From assembly GCA_036339735.1 (NCBI GenBank), contig JAYZAL010000026.1, positions 24,929 to 88,928 on the forward strand: a DNA stretch of 64,000 nt, read 5' to 3'. Positions 1 to 9,244 of the stretch are shown here, piece after piece. The position numbers were made by a program, and so were the translations under genes. Origin of the DNA: Candidatus Poribacteria bacterium (GTDB lineage Bacteria > Poribacteria > WGA-4E > UBA9662). Under the pieces are notes generated by a model. The model saw only the letters and a program-made list of their open reading frames with translations. It did no database searches and had not been told where the DNA came from. Numbering within the stretch: position 1 is the first letter of the stretch; each line of letters starts with the position of its first letter.

Positions 1-2
1 CT

Positions 3-935
3 TATGGTGTCTTGAGCAACCCGAATACACGACGCGAATATGATCGGTTAGAAGGCTTTTCTAATATTTCATCCAGTAGTAGACGAAATATGGACCCAGT
101 CAATTCGAAATCTACTATCAACGATATTTTTAATGATCTGTTTAAAAATAAACCCAGCCGAAAGTTCAACGATAAAAACAGCTCCGCAAAAAAACAAGAA
201 TCATCAGTTAATCGTAATACTCCCACCCATCACAAAAAGAAAGGCTCTAATCTTCAGAGACACATTACAGTGTCTTTTCGCGAATCAATCTTGGGTGGTG
301 AAGCGGTGCTCCAAATCAATCGTGATGAACCATGTCAAAAATGTAATGGAGAAGGAATAAAATCAGATTCAACCAAAGCTCCTTGTCCTCGTTGTATTGG
401 AACTGGTAAGGTAAAAGAAAATGATACCTGTCCTCGTTGTCGAGGAACTGGCATTATCATTCATCAGCCTTGTATTACATGTAGTGGTTGGGGAGTCACC
501 GAAAAAGAACGGAAGTTGAAAGTCAAAATCCCACATTCAATTGAGGAGGGAAAATCTCTGCGGCTAGCGGGGCAGGGACATTCTGGTCCATTGGGTGGGA
601 ATAGTGGCGACCTAATAGTTGAGATTAGGATTTCACCCGATCCATTTTTTGAGAAAGATGGAAATGATTTGCGTGCCGAAGTACCTATTAGTTTCGCCAA
701 AGCTGTGCTTGGTGGGCAGGTAAAAATTCCTACACTCAATGAATCGGTCGTGTTTTCAATTCCCAAAGGGACACAACCAGGACACACGTTTCGTCTGAAG
801 GGGCTTGGTGTTTGCCGAGAAGATCAACAGGCCGGAGATCTTTTGATCACTGTCAGTATTGATGTGCCAAGGACAGTCAACAACAAACAAGAGCAATTAT
901 TGCAAAAACTTTTGGACTTGGAGGAGCAAAATTAG
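3..935 (+). CDS. dnaJ: DnaJ class A co-chaperone, 5'-truncated by the window edge
   Basis: Frame is open from base 3 (YGVLSNPNTRREYDR, the end of a J-domain). Four CxxCxGxG repeats (CQKCNGEG, CPRCIGTG, CPRCRGTG, CITCSGWG) and a DnaJ C-terminal domain follow. Confidence 0.9.
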   Translation, partial: YGVLSNPNTRREYDRLEGFSNISSSSRRNMDPVNSKSTINDIFNDLFKNKPSRKFNDKNSSAKKQESSVNRNTPTHHKKKGSNLQRHITVSFRESILGGEAVLQINRDEPCQKCNGEGIKSDSTKAPCPRCIGTGKVKENDTCPRCRGTGIIIHQPCITCSGWGVTEKERKLKVKIPHSIEEGKSLRLAGQGHSGPLGGNSGDLIVEIRISPDPFFEKDGNDLRAEVPISFAKAVLGGQVKIPTLNESVVFSIPKGTQPGHTFRLKGLGVCREDQQAGDLLITVSIDVPRTVNNKQEQLLQKLLDLEEQN

Positions 936-1976
936 GTGAGCGGTAAAAACTCGGTCCGCGTAGCAGTTATCGGAACAGGCCGAATTGGCCAACTACATAT
1001 AGAAAACATTATTCGTCATATACCCGAAGCAGAGTTGATTGCAATTGCTGATGTTAACCCTTCATCAGTTGAACGCATAGCACAAAGGTTTACTATTCCA
1101 ACTGTCTCAACTGATTACCACGAGTTATTAGACCGGTCAGATATTGAAGCTGTTGTTGTTTGTTCTTCTACCGATACTCATGCTCAGATTATTCAAGATT
1201 CGGCACAAGCCGGTAAGCATATCTTTTGCGAAAAACCAATTGATTTTGATTTAGAACGGATTGACCAAACACTGAAGATCGTTGACATAGCTGGTGTAAA
1301 ATTACAAATCGGTTTTCAGCGCCGCTTCGATGTAAATTTTCGACATTTGAAGGATCTTCTATTGAAAGATCAAGTAGGGCAATTGCATTTGCTACGTATC
1401 ACCAGTCGCGATCCTGCTCCGCCCTCCATCGACTATATAAAACTTTCGGGTGGTATCTTTTTGGATATGATGATCCACGATTTTGATATGGCACGTTTCA
1501 TTACAGAGAGTGAGGTCGTCAAAGTTTACGCCAGTGGAGCGGTTCTGGTTGATCCAAATATTGGCTCCGTCGGTGATGTTGATACGGCCGTTGTAACACT
1601 CGAATTTGCAAATGGGGCCATTGGAAGTATCGATAATAGTCGGCAAGCCGTCTATGGCTATGATCAGCGAGTTGAAGTCCTAGGTAGTAGTGGCATGCTA
1701 AAAGCTGAAAATGACCAGAAACACACAGTAGCCGTGAGTAAAACTGACTACATCCAACGGTCTTCTCCTCCTTTCTTTTTTATTGAACGATATCGCGTGG
1801 CATACGTAGACGAGATTAAATCTTTTATCGATTCGATTCAGAACGATCGTGTGCCACTAGTAACAGGTGAAGATGGAAGAGCGCCAGTAGTCATTGGGTT
1901 GGCAGCACAACATTCTTTAACTGAGAAACGGCCAGTTTATCTAACTGAAATCGAGAATATGAAATCAGTCAGCTAA
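936..1976 (+). CDS. iolG: myo-inositol 2-dehydrogenase (Gfo/Idh/MocA family)
   Basis: GTGRIG Rossmann motif, CEKP, GFQRRFD, SRDP, GGIFLDMMIHDFD and YGYDQRVE motifs typical of IolG. Confidence 0.85.
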   Translation: MSGKNSVRVAVIGTGRIGQLHIENIIRHIPEAELIAIADVNPSSVERIAQRFTIPTVSTDYHELLDRSDIEAVVVCSSTDTHAQIIQDSAQAGKHIFCEKPIDFDLERIDQTLKIVDIAGVKLQIGFQRRFDVNFRHLKDLLLKDQVGQLHLLRITSRDPAPPSIDYIKLSGGIFLDMMIHDFDMARFITESEVVKVYASGAVLVDPNIGSVGDVDTAVVTLEFANGAIGSIDNSRQAVYGYDQRVEVLGSSGMLKAENDQKHTVAVSKTDYIQRSSPPFFFIERYRVAYVDEIKSFIDSIQNDRVPLVTGEDGRAPVVIGLAAQHSLTEKRPVYLTEIENMKSVS

Positions 1977-2220
1977 GTTGATCTTAGAAAATGATATAAG
2001 TCATATTCGATTTTTTTCTTACAATTAGTGAAGTGCCAACAATGAACATTATTATAAAGTTGAACAGACGCACAAACATGATTGTCAACCAGAATTTGTA
2101 ACAACGTATGTATCTAAATACTCAGTTCCCATGGGGTGAAAATTGTAGTCTAGCTGAGATATAAGCTGTTCAATGAATTGTTAAAGTAGAATTTAATCAC
2201 TATCATACGGGAGTAACAAA

Positions 2221-2991
2221 ATGAAACAGATCATAAAAATATTGAGTAGACAAGTGAAATTTGCTTGTCTCATTCTCACCCTGACGTGTTCTTTATCCTT
2301 AGCTAAGGAGACTTTTTATTCAGCTTTGGAAAGTAAGGCCGAAGTGGAAAAAGAGGGTGGGCAAGTTTTAGGAACCGCTAAATTTGTTGAGGCCAAATGG
2401 GGAAACGGATTTCTAGCCGCTGAAGGAAAAGATGTAGTTGCTTTTCCGGTTGAAGATCGTTTTACCAAACTAGAAGAGGGTACTGTTGAATTATTTGTTA
2501 AAATGGGCGTTGATGCTAAACAAATGACCGGTGAAATTTTCTTTTGGTTCACTTACAAAAGAGGAACTGATGCTATTTTCTTACAATTCGATGGTCGTAA
2601 GGGAGCGGGTACAACCGGAATGAGGATCAAAAGTGGTGGTGGTTGGCATGATGCGTACAGCAAACCCGTCAAATGGAAAAAAGGAGAACTGCATCACATG
2701 GCTGGAACTTGGGGGCCTGATGGTATAAAGCTATACCTAGATGGGAAGCTAGCCGCGGAAGATGAGTTCAACGGTGGACCAAAGCAGTTTGCAAAAACTT
2801 TTAGTATCAACAATGTAGAGCCAGAAAAAGTCGGAAATTTTGCTTCCAAGTGCGTCATTGACGAAGTTCGACTATCCGACCATCAAAAAAAGCCAGACGA
2901 GTTAATTTTGAACCCTAAAGAATTTTTTCCAGTTCACCCAATGGGAAAAGCAACTACAACTTGGGGTTATTTCAAAACACAGGCTAACTAG
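2221..2991 (+). CDS. Secreted LamG/concanavalin A-like jellyroll protein with a Poribacteria-type C-terminal tail
   Basis: Signal peptide, HHMAGTW..LYLDG and IDEVRLS LamG motifs, C-terminal PVHPMGKATTTWGYFK. GGAG Shine-Dalgarno upstream. Confidence 0.8.
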   Translation: MKQIIKILSRQVKFACLILTLTCSLSLAKETFYSALESKAEVEKEGGQVLGTAKFVEAKWGNGFLAAEGKDVVAFPVEDRFTKLEEGTVELFVKMGVDAKQMTGEIFFWFTYKRGTDAIFLQFDGRKGAGTTGMRIKSGGGWHDAYSKPVKWKKGELHHMAGTWGPDGIKLYLDGKLAAEDEFNGGPKQFAKTFSINNVEPEKVGNFASKCVIDEVRLSDHQKKPDELILNPKEFFPVHPMGKATTTWGYFKTQAN

Positions 2992-3444
2992 TAGCACCTG
3001 CCAGGTTCGTTGGTTGAAATGAAACTAGTAGTAAAGGGTTCCGATTTTTTTGGTATTTACATTAACCGGTTGGGGATGTGGTTAGGTAGATTAGCTTTCA
3101 TTTGATCAATTTGGTAGTACCCAGGCAGTCTCTTCTGGAATGGAAGTTTTCGTGTTTATCAATAAGTTGTTCCAATGAAGTTGGAGTAAAGTTCGGCCTG
3201 GTTTAATTGGGGGTTAATTTAGCTAAACTGTCACCAGTGAATCATTTTCTATGATAATACTTGAGACAGTTTGCTAGGAGACTACTGTAGAATAGTGACT
3301 TTTTTGCATGTGATATTTTTGGTGGAGCTATTTATTTTAGTGGTTGATTTGATAGATTGAAGAAATTCAGTTTGAGTGCAATAACCATTTTACTAACACC
3401 CTATTTTCTGGTCATTTGTTAAATAATTAAGGAACAAAGTTATC

Positions 3445-4494
3445 ATGAAAAATAAGATTCGATTCGGTATTATTGGCATTGGTGGTACTATTGGTGGTAC
3501 AGCTAAAATTTTAGCGAATGAGACAGAAGCGGAGTTAGTAGCGCTAGCTGACCCAGACCCAACTCGCCGAGCACGTATTCTAGACGAAACACAAGGCGTC
3601 GAAACTTTTGATGACTACAAGATAATGTTACAAAAAGTTCAGCTTGATGCGGTTTGTATAGGTCTGCCAACCTGGATGCATGCATCTGCGACTCAGGATG
3701 CACTAGAATCTGGCTTACATGTCCTCTGTGAAAAACCACCTGCCAATAATGCAGAAGAGATGAAGCCCTTGGCTCGATTGGCATCAGATAAAAATCTGTC
3801 CTGTATGTTCGTTCGTCAATCACGCTTTACTCCACAACTGATGGAAGGGCGACGTTTAGTTGCCAGTGGTGAATTAGGCGATGTTTATTATGTAGATACT
3901 CGTTGGGTTCGTACTCGGTGGTGTTCAGCTAAGGGTTGGAGACATGACAAGGCGAAAGGTGGAGGTGTTTTGCTAGATTTAGGCATTCATGCTATCGATA
4001 ATGCTTGGTTTATGATGGGTTGTCCTAAACCGATAGAAGTTACTGCGGGGTTGTACAACGCTTTTTCAGATTTAGCACCAGATGGACAAACTTATACTGC
4101 CGATGATGCAGCTTGTGGTTTGATACGATTCGACAATAATTGTGTCTTACATTTTACTGTTGCTTTCTCGCTTAATACGGCTGACGGAAAAACCTCGGAA
4201 GATAATCAACCAATCACAACTGAATATCAACGTGTTAGTTTACATGGGACAAAGGGTGGATTAGAAGATGGATGTCAGTTAATCGGTACTGCTCAGGGGG
4301 TTGAAGTGAAACCTATCGACACATCAGCCTATAGTGGTGATGCCGTTACTTTACAAACCCGTGAATTCATTCGGTCAATTAAAGAAGAAGATCAACCACT
4401 CAATTCTGCCGATCAAGCCGTCATGTTGATGCAGATGCTAGATGGAGCTATGGAATCGAGTGATACTCGATGTGCGGTAGCAATTGAAGAGTGA
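3445..4494 (+). CDS. Gfo/Idh/MocA family oxidoreductase
   Basis: N-terminal Rossmann fold, HVLCEKP, GGGVLLDLGIHAID. Confidence 0.9.
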   Translation: MKNKIRFGIIGIGGTIGGTAKILANETEAELVALADPDPTRRARILDETQGVETFDDYKIMLQKVQLDAVCIGLPTWMHASATQDALESGLHVLCEKPPANNAEEMKPLARLASDKNLSCMFVRQSRFTPQLMEGRRLVASGELGDVYYVDTRWVRTRWCSAKGWRHDKAKGGGVLLDLGIHAIDNAWFMMGCPKPIEVTAGLYNAFSDLAPDGQTYTADDAACGLIRFDNNCVLHFTVAFSLNTADGKTSEDNQPITTEYQRVSLHGTKGGLEDGCQLIGTAQGVEVKPIDTSAYSGDAVTLQTREFIRSIKEEDQPLNSADQAVMLMQMLDGAMESSDTRCAVAIEE

Positions 4495-4579
4495 CAAAGC
4501 TATGTGATATCATTCCGTTCACTGTTGTTTTTCGACTGAATCGGCAATCAATTTTTTCAATTCTATTTCAGGAGTTTTT

Positions 4580-4969
4580 ATGGCTATTTTCCTCCACACC
4601 CGTATTCGCGTTAGTGATTTAGACCAGTCTATCAAGTGGTATCAAGACCATCTTGGATTTCAAGTGATTAGTAGAAGTGATAAATCACCCGCAGGTAACC
4701 AAATTGTTCACCTAGAGTTACCTGGTAATGACCACACTCTAGAGCTAACTTACTCCGAAGATTATGACGTAAATGTGCCAGAAGACCTGATGCACTTTGC
4801 AATTGGTGTACCTGATTTGATTGCTTTCTGCGACCAATTAGAAAATGAAGACGTAGAAATTTGGCCTAGCGATTGGCGCCAGACCTTCCCTACAGGACGT
4901 AAAATGGCATTTATCGACGATCCAGACGGATACGAGGTTGAACTGCTAGAGCGCGCTGAAGAAAACTAA
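4580..4969 (+). CDS. VOC family protein (lactoylglutathione lyase-like)
   Basis: LHTRIRVSDL..SI.WY...LGF, LELT, HFAIGV, AFIDDPDGYEVEL. Confidence 0.85.
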   Translation: MAIFLHTRIRVSDLDQSIKWYQDHLGFQVISRSDKSPAGNQIVHLELPGNDHTLELTYSEDYDVNVPEDLMHFAIGVPDLIAFCDQLENEDVEIWPSDWRQTFPTGRKMAFIDDPDGYEVELLERAEEN

Positions 4970-4974
4970 GTCTT

Positions 4975-5907
4975 TTGAATTCGCCATTTACTAGTTCGTT
5001 TTCCTCTCTTTTAACTGAACAGGAAAATGAAGATTCAGTCGACATTGACTTAAAATCGAGTACTGAAATTGTTTCAATCTTCCAGAAAGAGGATCAAAAG
5101 GTGCTGTCTGCTGTTGAAGAGCAGGCTTCCGCTATTGCGACTGCTATTGATATGGTGGTGATGGCCTTTCGAAATGGTGGACGACTTCTCTACATGGGAG
5201 CAGGAACTAGTGGCCGGTTAGGTGTATTAGATTCTTCAGAATGTCCACCAACATTCAATACTGAACCAGGTCAAATCCAAGGACTAATTGCTGGGGGGGA
5301 CCAAGCTTTACGCCGATCAGTAGAAACAGCCGAAGATAGCCAGAAAATGGGGAGCCAGGTCATCCGGGACAACTCAGTCTCTAACGTTGATATCGTAGTA
5401 GGCATTGCTAGCAGTGGACGGACACCTTACGTTTTGGGCGGACTAGAACAAGCTCATCTGCTTCGAGCCCAAACTATTCTTATATGTTGTGTTCCCTCTA
5501 GTCCAAGTGATGCCGATATTAATTATATTGACCATTATATTCGACCCCAGGTTGGTCCAGAAATTATTACAGGTTCAACTCGTCTCAAGGCAGGAACAGC
5601 CACTAAGTTAGTTTTAAATATGTTGACGACCGGAGCTATGATTCAAACAGGGCACGTTTACGGTAACTTGATGGTCAATATGCAAGCAAGCAATAGTAAA
5701 ATCAGAGATAGGGCAATACGGACTGTAATGAGTGTTACTGGCTGTGAACGACCAACAGCGGAGTCTGCTTTAAATCAGGCTGATGGGCGTGTGAAGGAAG
5801 CGATTGTCTGCTTGATTCGGGGAGTCGATGTGTCAATAGCGACCGGATTATTAGAGGCGGAAAATGGCTTTTTACGGCCTGTTTTAGCCAACCCAGATTC
5901 CAGCTAA
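4975..5907 (+). CDS. murQ: N-acetylmuramic acid 6-phosphate etherase
   Basis: GAGTSGRLGVLDSSECPPTF, GPEIITGSTRLKAGTATKLVLNMLTT, YGNLMV. Confidence 0.95.
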   Translation: MNSPFTSSFSSLLTEQENEDSVDIDLKSSTEIVSIFQKEDQKVLSAVEEQASAIATAIDMVVMAFRNGGRLLYMGAGTSGRLGVLDSSECPPTFNTEPGQIQGLIAGGDQALRRSVETAEDSQKMGSQVIRDNSVSNVDIVVGIASSGRTPYVLGGLEQAHLLRAQTILICCVPSSPSDADINYIDHYIRPQVGPEIITGSTRLKAGTATKLVLNMLTTGAMIQTGHVYGNLMVNMQASNSKIRDRAIRTVMSVTGCERPTAESALNQADGRVKEAIVCLIRGVDVSIATGLLEAENGFLRPVLANPDSS

Positions 5908-5919
5908 TTTCAGCCCAAA

Positions 5920-6426
5920 TTATCTTTTGGGCTGAAGAACCAATCGATAACGCGCTGTGTCATAGGCTAATTGATCTTTAGTAGACAACTGAATTGGTGG
6001 TGTCTCTCCGTTAATTAAGAACTCCTCCCCTTTTTGTGGGTACCTTTGAATGTAGCGAAGACGTAATTCATTCCAAGGCATTGACGTCCAATCAGGACTT
6101 CCTGGTTGGCCTAAGTCTTCTTGTAAATCGTAGATGCCATAATAATTATTGGGGTTTTCAAAGAAATACGTCAGTAATTTATCACAGTCAGCTAGGCGAT
6201 AGTGAGTTCCCCACCCTTCATTCCGTGCTAATGGTAAGCTACTAGATGATTTGGAATTAGTTGGGAGAAGGTGATTCGTTGTTCTCTCTACTTCGTTTGT
6301 ATTTGGTGATTGAGTGCTTATCAATTCGCTGCTTTTGTTCAAATTGAGCCTAATTATCAGAGAGATAATACTAACAACCAACAATAAAATGCCTATAATA
6401 AAAAGGCGAACATGCTTGATTTTCAC
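5920..6426 (-). CDS. Hypothetical membrane-anchored protein
   Basis: 168-aa ORF that fills the murQ-larC gap, with an N-terminal hydrophobic helix and a Ser/Thr-rich linker. GAGG Shine-Dalgarno-like site upstream. Confidence 0.6.
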   Translation of the reverse strand: MKIKHVRLFIIGILLLVVSIISLIIRLNLNKSSELISTQSPNTNEVERTTNHLLPTNSKSSSSLPLARNEGWGTHYRLADCDKLLTYFFENPNNYYGIYDLQEDLGQPGSPDWTSMPWNELRLRYIQRYPQKGEEFLINGETPPIQLSTKDQLAYDTARYRLVLQPKR

Positions 6427-6475
6427 GACTTTATCCTCTATACATTGCTAGTTTTTGACTAACGGAGACCAAATT

Positions 6476-7207
6476 TTGAAAATTGCTTACTTCGATTGCT
6501 TTTCTGGTATTAGTGGAGACATGACACTAGGTGCTCTAGTCGATGTTGGAGTTGATCCTCAACATATTACAGAAGAGTTAACTAAACTCAATGTAAATAA
6601 TGAATTTACTTTGACTTTTGAACATACGAAAAAACAGGGGATTTCCGGTACAAAAGCCTCGGTGAATCAAACGAAAGATTGCCATCATAGTCGTCATCTG
6701 ACTGATATTTTTTGCTTATTGGACGAAAGCAAATTAGATGAAAAAATAATCGGTCAGTCGAAAAAAATTTTTGATCGGTTAGCTACAGCAGAGGCTACTG
6801 TTCATCAGATGCCCAAGTCAGAAGTTCATTTGCATGAAGTTAGCGCGATCGATTCAATTGTTGATATTGTTGGTTCGGTTATCGCTTTAGATATATTGAA
6901 TGTTGAAAAAGTATTTGCTTCACCGATTTCGGTTGGTACCGGATTCGTTCGTTGCTCTCACGGACTAATGCCGGTTCCAGTGCCAGGAACAATGGAATTG
7001 TTGAAGGACGTTACAATTCGACAGACCCAAATCCGAAAAGAACTAGTCACACCAACAGGGGCAGCAATTGTTACTACATTAGCTGCTGGTTTTGGGCCAA
7101 TGCCAGAATTGACGGTCATGCAAACGGGTTACGGTGCTGGTAGTCGGGATCTACCTGATACACCAAATCTCCTTAGGGTCATTATCGGAGAAAAAAAAAC
7201 GGCTTAA
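6476..7207 (+). CDS. larC: Nickel-pincer cofactor nickel insertase LarC, N-terminal part (larC1)
   Basis: YFDCFSGISGDMTLGAL, EVHLHEV..IDSIVDI, HGLMPVPVP, ELVTPTGAA, GYGAG. Probable TTG start at 6476 after GGAG (the ORF track starts at 6455). Confidence 0.93.
   Translation: MKIAYFDCFSGISGDMTLGALVDVGVDPQHITEELTKLNVNNEFTLTFEHTKKQGISGTKASVNQTKDCHHSRHLTDIFCLLDESKLDEKIIGQSKKIFDRLATAEATVHQMPKSEVHLHEVSAIDSIVDIVGSVIALDILNVEKVFASPISVGTGFVRCSHGLMPVPVPGTMELLKDVTIRQTQIRKELVTPTGAAIVTTLAAGFGPMPELTVMQTGYGAGSRDLPDTPNLLRVIIGEKKTA
7191..7200 (+). promoter_or_regulatory. Putative -1 ribosomal frameshift site (A_AAA_AAA within AAAAAAAAAC)
   Basis: A9 run just before the larC1 stop (GAA AAA AAA ACG GCT TAA). A -1 slip joins larC1 to larC2. 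Confidence 0.7.
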
Positions 7208-7680
7208 TCCCGGGAAAAACCCAAATGTCGTCTCTAATTGATCAGATTGTGGTCATCGAAACGAACGTAGACGACCAGTCAGCTGAAATTACGGCCTGGG
7301 TTATGGATCAACTGCTCGCAACTGGAGCTTTAGATGTTTTCTTAACGCCCATACTAATGAAAAAAGGTAGACCCGCCACTAAAATAACAGTCCTTTCAAC
7401 AATAGAACAACAATCTGCATTAACTCAATTACTTCTACAACAAAGCACCACTTTTGGTGTTCGCTCTTATTTAGCAGATCGTCAGAAACTCTCCCGAGAT
7501 TTTATTGAAGTAGAAACTGAATGGGGGATAGTAAAAGCTAAGCGTGGATTTTTGAATGACTCCATCACGAAAATTGTGCCCGAATACGAAGATTGTAGAC
7601 GGCTAGCAGAAGCCAATCAAGTCCCACTGCGAACCGTCTACGAGACCGTTATACAGGAAATCAAACTAGATGAAAATTAG
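7198..7680 (+). CDS. larC: LarC C-terminal part (larC2), in the -1 frame and open from the A9 run
   Basis: IETNVDD, GALDVFLTPILMKKGRP, STTFGVR, PEYEDC motifs. The -1 frame has no stop between 7192 and ATG 7225. Confidence 0.88.
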   Translation, partial: NGLIPGKTQMSSLIDQIVVIETNVDDQSAEITAWVMDQLLATGALDVFLTPILMKKGRPATKITVLSTIEQQSALTQLLLQQSTTFGVRSYLADRQKLSRDFIEVETEWGIVKAKRGFLNDSITKIVPEYEDCRRLAEANQVPLRTVYETVIQEIKLDEN

Positions 7681-7702
7681 TCGGTTGATTCGTAAATCAA
7701 AC

Positions 7703-9214
7703 TTAGAAAGTACTAGCTTTATTAGTAGAAGTACACCACCGCATGGTCATCAGATGATCAATCAGTACACTTTTGGCTTCTGGTGTACCAATATACTTCA
7801 ACGCTTCAACTCCATACCCACGTACGTAGCGGTCATTATCCTTTAATGCATCCTTCAGTGCGGGGACTGCCTCTTCCGCAACTGGACCTATTCGAGCTAA
7901 GGATAAAGCTGAGGTAAACCGAGTCTGCTTATCTTCATCTTTAACAAGCGCCCTGGCTAAAGCAGGTACTGATGTATCAGTGTTTCCTTGAATAATACCT
8001 AGTGCTTCAACCACATTTCGACGAATATTCACTGACTCGTCGTCTAACAAAGAAACCAAATTTGGTACCGAGTCAACTGCATCTATTTCGCCTAAAATGT
8101 AGGCTGCATAACCTCTAGTATCAGCTGATTTGTGATTAAGTAATTCAGTTACTCTTTCTTCTACTACCGAACCAACTGCGGTTAAAGCATAAGCTGCATG
8201 ACGTCGAACCGTTTCGTTTTCGTCTTGCAAAGCATTGGTTAATGGTTCGATAGATTCCGTGCCGATTGCACCTAAAGCATAGGCTGCATTCAAACCAACG
8301 GGTTCAGATGGATCCTTTAGAGATTGGATTAAAGTCGAGATCGCTTCACTTCCATTTTCTCCTAATGCACCTAGACGATTAGCTGCTTCTATCCGTTCTG
8401 GTTGGGTACCAATACGCAAAGCATTAATCCATTTACTAATTTCGACTTCGGTAGCCGAAGCTACTGTTTTATCTTCACCTCGTCCACTGGACCAATTCCA
8501 TAAGTGGTGCCACATAATACTTTGATCGTTTAACAACTGAGAATCGGATGGTGGGCACCAGTCTGTATCCTGATTATTCCAAGTTGGAATCGTTGGCGGT
8601 TTCATCCGAATAAATTCGAATTTGAGCATGTAACGGGTCAAGTCAGTTTGATTTGCTGTGGCTTGATGCCACAAATCATAATGTATAATTGCCATGGTGC
8701 CAGCTTCACCAACGGCCGAAAACTTAGTTTCAGATGAGTCTTGTTGTCGAGAAAGATAATACGGACTTCCCGGCATGACAGCTGTCGGACCGATCTCAAT
8801 CGGTGTGTCTTGTGGGTAATAAAATGCCATGGCCCACCAAGTACGATGATTACGAACTTTGCCGTATCCCCAGTAACTATCTTTATGCCAACCACCACCA
8901 CTACTTCCAGAGCGATTCGTATGTGGATGTCGATGTGGATGCATCATATAATTAGGCCCAATGACACTGGTGAAAGCTCCACGTACAGTTGGGTGGTTAA
9001 ACACATCTTGAATTTCTGGTACTCGCGGCAGTAGATTATTACCGGGATTGCCATCCATATCGACAACTTCATCTAGTTTTTGATAAATTGTGTCATGAAT
9101 GCTCTTAGGCAAATCTGGTTTAATAATCACGAAGCCATTAGTCAAAAACTCACGCATTTGCTCATCAGTGAACAAGTCATCAGAACTAATAGGGGGTAAA
9201 TTTGTATCAACCAT
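7703..9214 (-). CDS. PhyH-family Fe(II)/2-oxoglutarate dioxygenase fused to HEAT repeats
   Basis: F.TNGFVII start, WHKD...LWH facial triad, and C-terminal HEAT/PBS-lyase repeats (VRRHAAYAL, VRGYGVEAL). Confidence 0.85.
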   Translation of the reverse strand: MVDTNLPPISSDDLFTDEQMREFLTNGFVIIKPDLPKSIHDTIYQKLDEVVDMDGNPGNNLLPRVPEIQDVFNHPTVRGAFTSVIGPNYMMHPHRHPHTNRSGSSGGGWHKDSYWGYGKVRNHRTWWAMAFYYPQDTPIEIGPTAVMPGSPYYLSRQQDSSETKFSAVGEAGTMAIIHYDLWHQATANQTDLTRYMLKFEFIRMKPPTIPTWNNQDTDWCPPSDSQLLNDQSIMWHHLWNWSSGRGEDKTVASATEVEISKWINALRIGTQPERIEAANRLGALGENGSEAISTLIQSLKDPSEPVGLNAAYALGAIGTESIEPLTNALQDENETVRRHAAYALTAVGSVVEERVTELLNHKSADTRGYAAYILGEIDAVDSVPNLVSLLDDESVNIRRNVVEALGIIQGNTDTSVPALARALVKDEDKQTRFTSALSLARIGPVAEEAVPALKDALKDNDRYVRGYGVEALKYIGTPEAKSVLIDHLMTMRWCTSTNKASTF

Positions 9215-9244
9215 TGTTTTAATTCTCCAGTATTTAAATTTAGA

